Shown: one piece after another, positions 60,670-64,000 of the stretch
How the letters are laid out: every line of letters starts with the position of its first letter
How positions within the stretch are numbered: the first letter of the stretch is position 1
From: the human T2T-CHM13v2.0 reference genome, Homo sapiens
Length of the DNA: 64,000 bases
Reading direction: 5' to 3' (one strand)
Assembly: GCF_009914755.1 (NCBI RefSeq)
Contig: NC_060930.1
Program-made: the position numbers and the translations under genes
The notes under the pieces: generated by a model
Database searches by the model: none
What the model was told of the DNA's origin: nothing
Seen by the model: the letters and a program-made list of their open reading frames with translations, nothing else

Positions 60670-60747
60670 CAGCAGTCTCCCTTACTCATGGTTTCATTTT
60701 CTGTGATTTCAGTTACCTGCAGCCAACCACAGTCCAAAAATATTACA
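60670..60747 (+). mobile_element. MER44/Tigger7-type DNA transposon end
   Basis: cagcagtctcccttactcatggtttcattttctgtgatttcagttacctgcagccaaccacagtccaaaaatatt. Confidence 0.7.
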
Positions 60748-60922
60748 AGGATGATGCTGGCCTCATAGAATGAGTTAAGGAGGAATCCCTCCTATTCAAT
60801 TTTTTGGAATAGTTTCAGTAAAAATGGCACCAGCTTCTCTTTGTACCTCTAGTAGAATTCACTTATGAATCTCTCTGGTCCTGGGCTTTTTTTTGTTTTT
60901 CGTTTTTTTTTTTTTTTGGTTG
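60748..60922 (-). mobile_element. Isolated L1P ORF2 fragment
   Basis: aggatgatgctggcctcatagaatgagtta...ttgtacctctagtagaattc...ggtcctgggcttttt. Confidence 0.85.
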
Positions 60923-61664
60923 GAAAAAATCTGTGACCTGGACAAAAGTAGTTATAATAGAATAAAGGAAACAGAGGCTCAATTAGAGTAGAAAAGGGGA
61001 AAAAAGGGAAGTAGAAATAACAAATATTTATGTTATAGGAAATTATGCTGGAATGCGGAGCAGAAAAAACAGATCATAGCTGGAAAAGCAATATATGGGA
61101 GGATATTTTAAAGATAGGATAACCTGAAATTATGGTGGGCTATTTATTCCTGCCTTAATTTCAGAACTTGTCATTGGTCTAGAATGAGAAATGTAAATCT
61201 ACCAAAGTCGAATGATTCCCAAAACAAACTATCAACTAATAGAAGTGGGTTCTGATTTCCCATTTTCAGTACGCAATCCACTTTGAGGCACTAGTGCAGA
61301 GATTTCCTCAGAATTTTGAGATCCCTGGTATCTGCACCCATCTCCCACCATCCACATCTGGCCCAAGATATGGGCCCAAATGCTGGGCCTTCAGCAATTT
61401 CTTTGAGTAATCTTCAAGGGTTAGCAAAGGACCAAAAAGAAAGGGTGAAGGAGGGAGCTTCATACTGTCACCCACAGTATCCCAGTTATCACTGAAATTT
61501 AGAGGTAACTCTCAGTAGGCTGAAGTACAGCAGCACTCAAGTACAGATCCATGGGGCTGGCTTCCAGATCATCTGGCACAGACAGTACCTGCTCAGGCTT
61601 ACACACCTGAGGAGGCAACTGGAAATGCAGCGAGCAGCAAGGAGGCTTACAAGAATGCTGTTAG

Positions 61665-64000
<2,336 letters not shown>

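Overview
Human genomic DNA (a consensus-like AluYb8, a human-specific subfamily, sits at 42573-42882). It is AT-rich and repeat-dense, consistent with intergenic or deep intronic sequence. I found no intact protein-coding gene, tRNA/rRNA gene or CRISPR array. Main contents: a full-length processed RPL29 pseudogene with TSDs; an old ERVL provirus (LTR16A-type) whose left LTR is split by an ~8.5 kb L1 block; two two-LTR THE1 (MaLR) elements, one carrying a nested antisense solo LTR; and many Alu, L2, MIR, L1M, MLT and MER fragments. The most unusual structure is the L1 block at 23270-31768. A near full-length but dead L1PA3-like element is followed by two further L1 3' ends, both starting at the same AAAATGTGG position and grading from younger to older subfamily. 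The block ends in ~1 kb that looks like an L1 3' transduction. I see no evidence for a new enzymatic or defence-type system; the findings are retrotransposition and rearrangement footprints plus candidate regulatory elements. Repeat subfamily names come from my recollection of consensus sequences and need Dfam/RepeatMasker confirmation.
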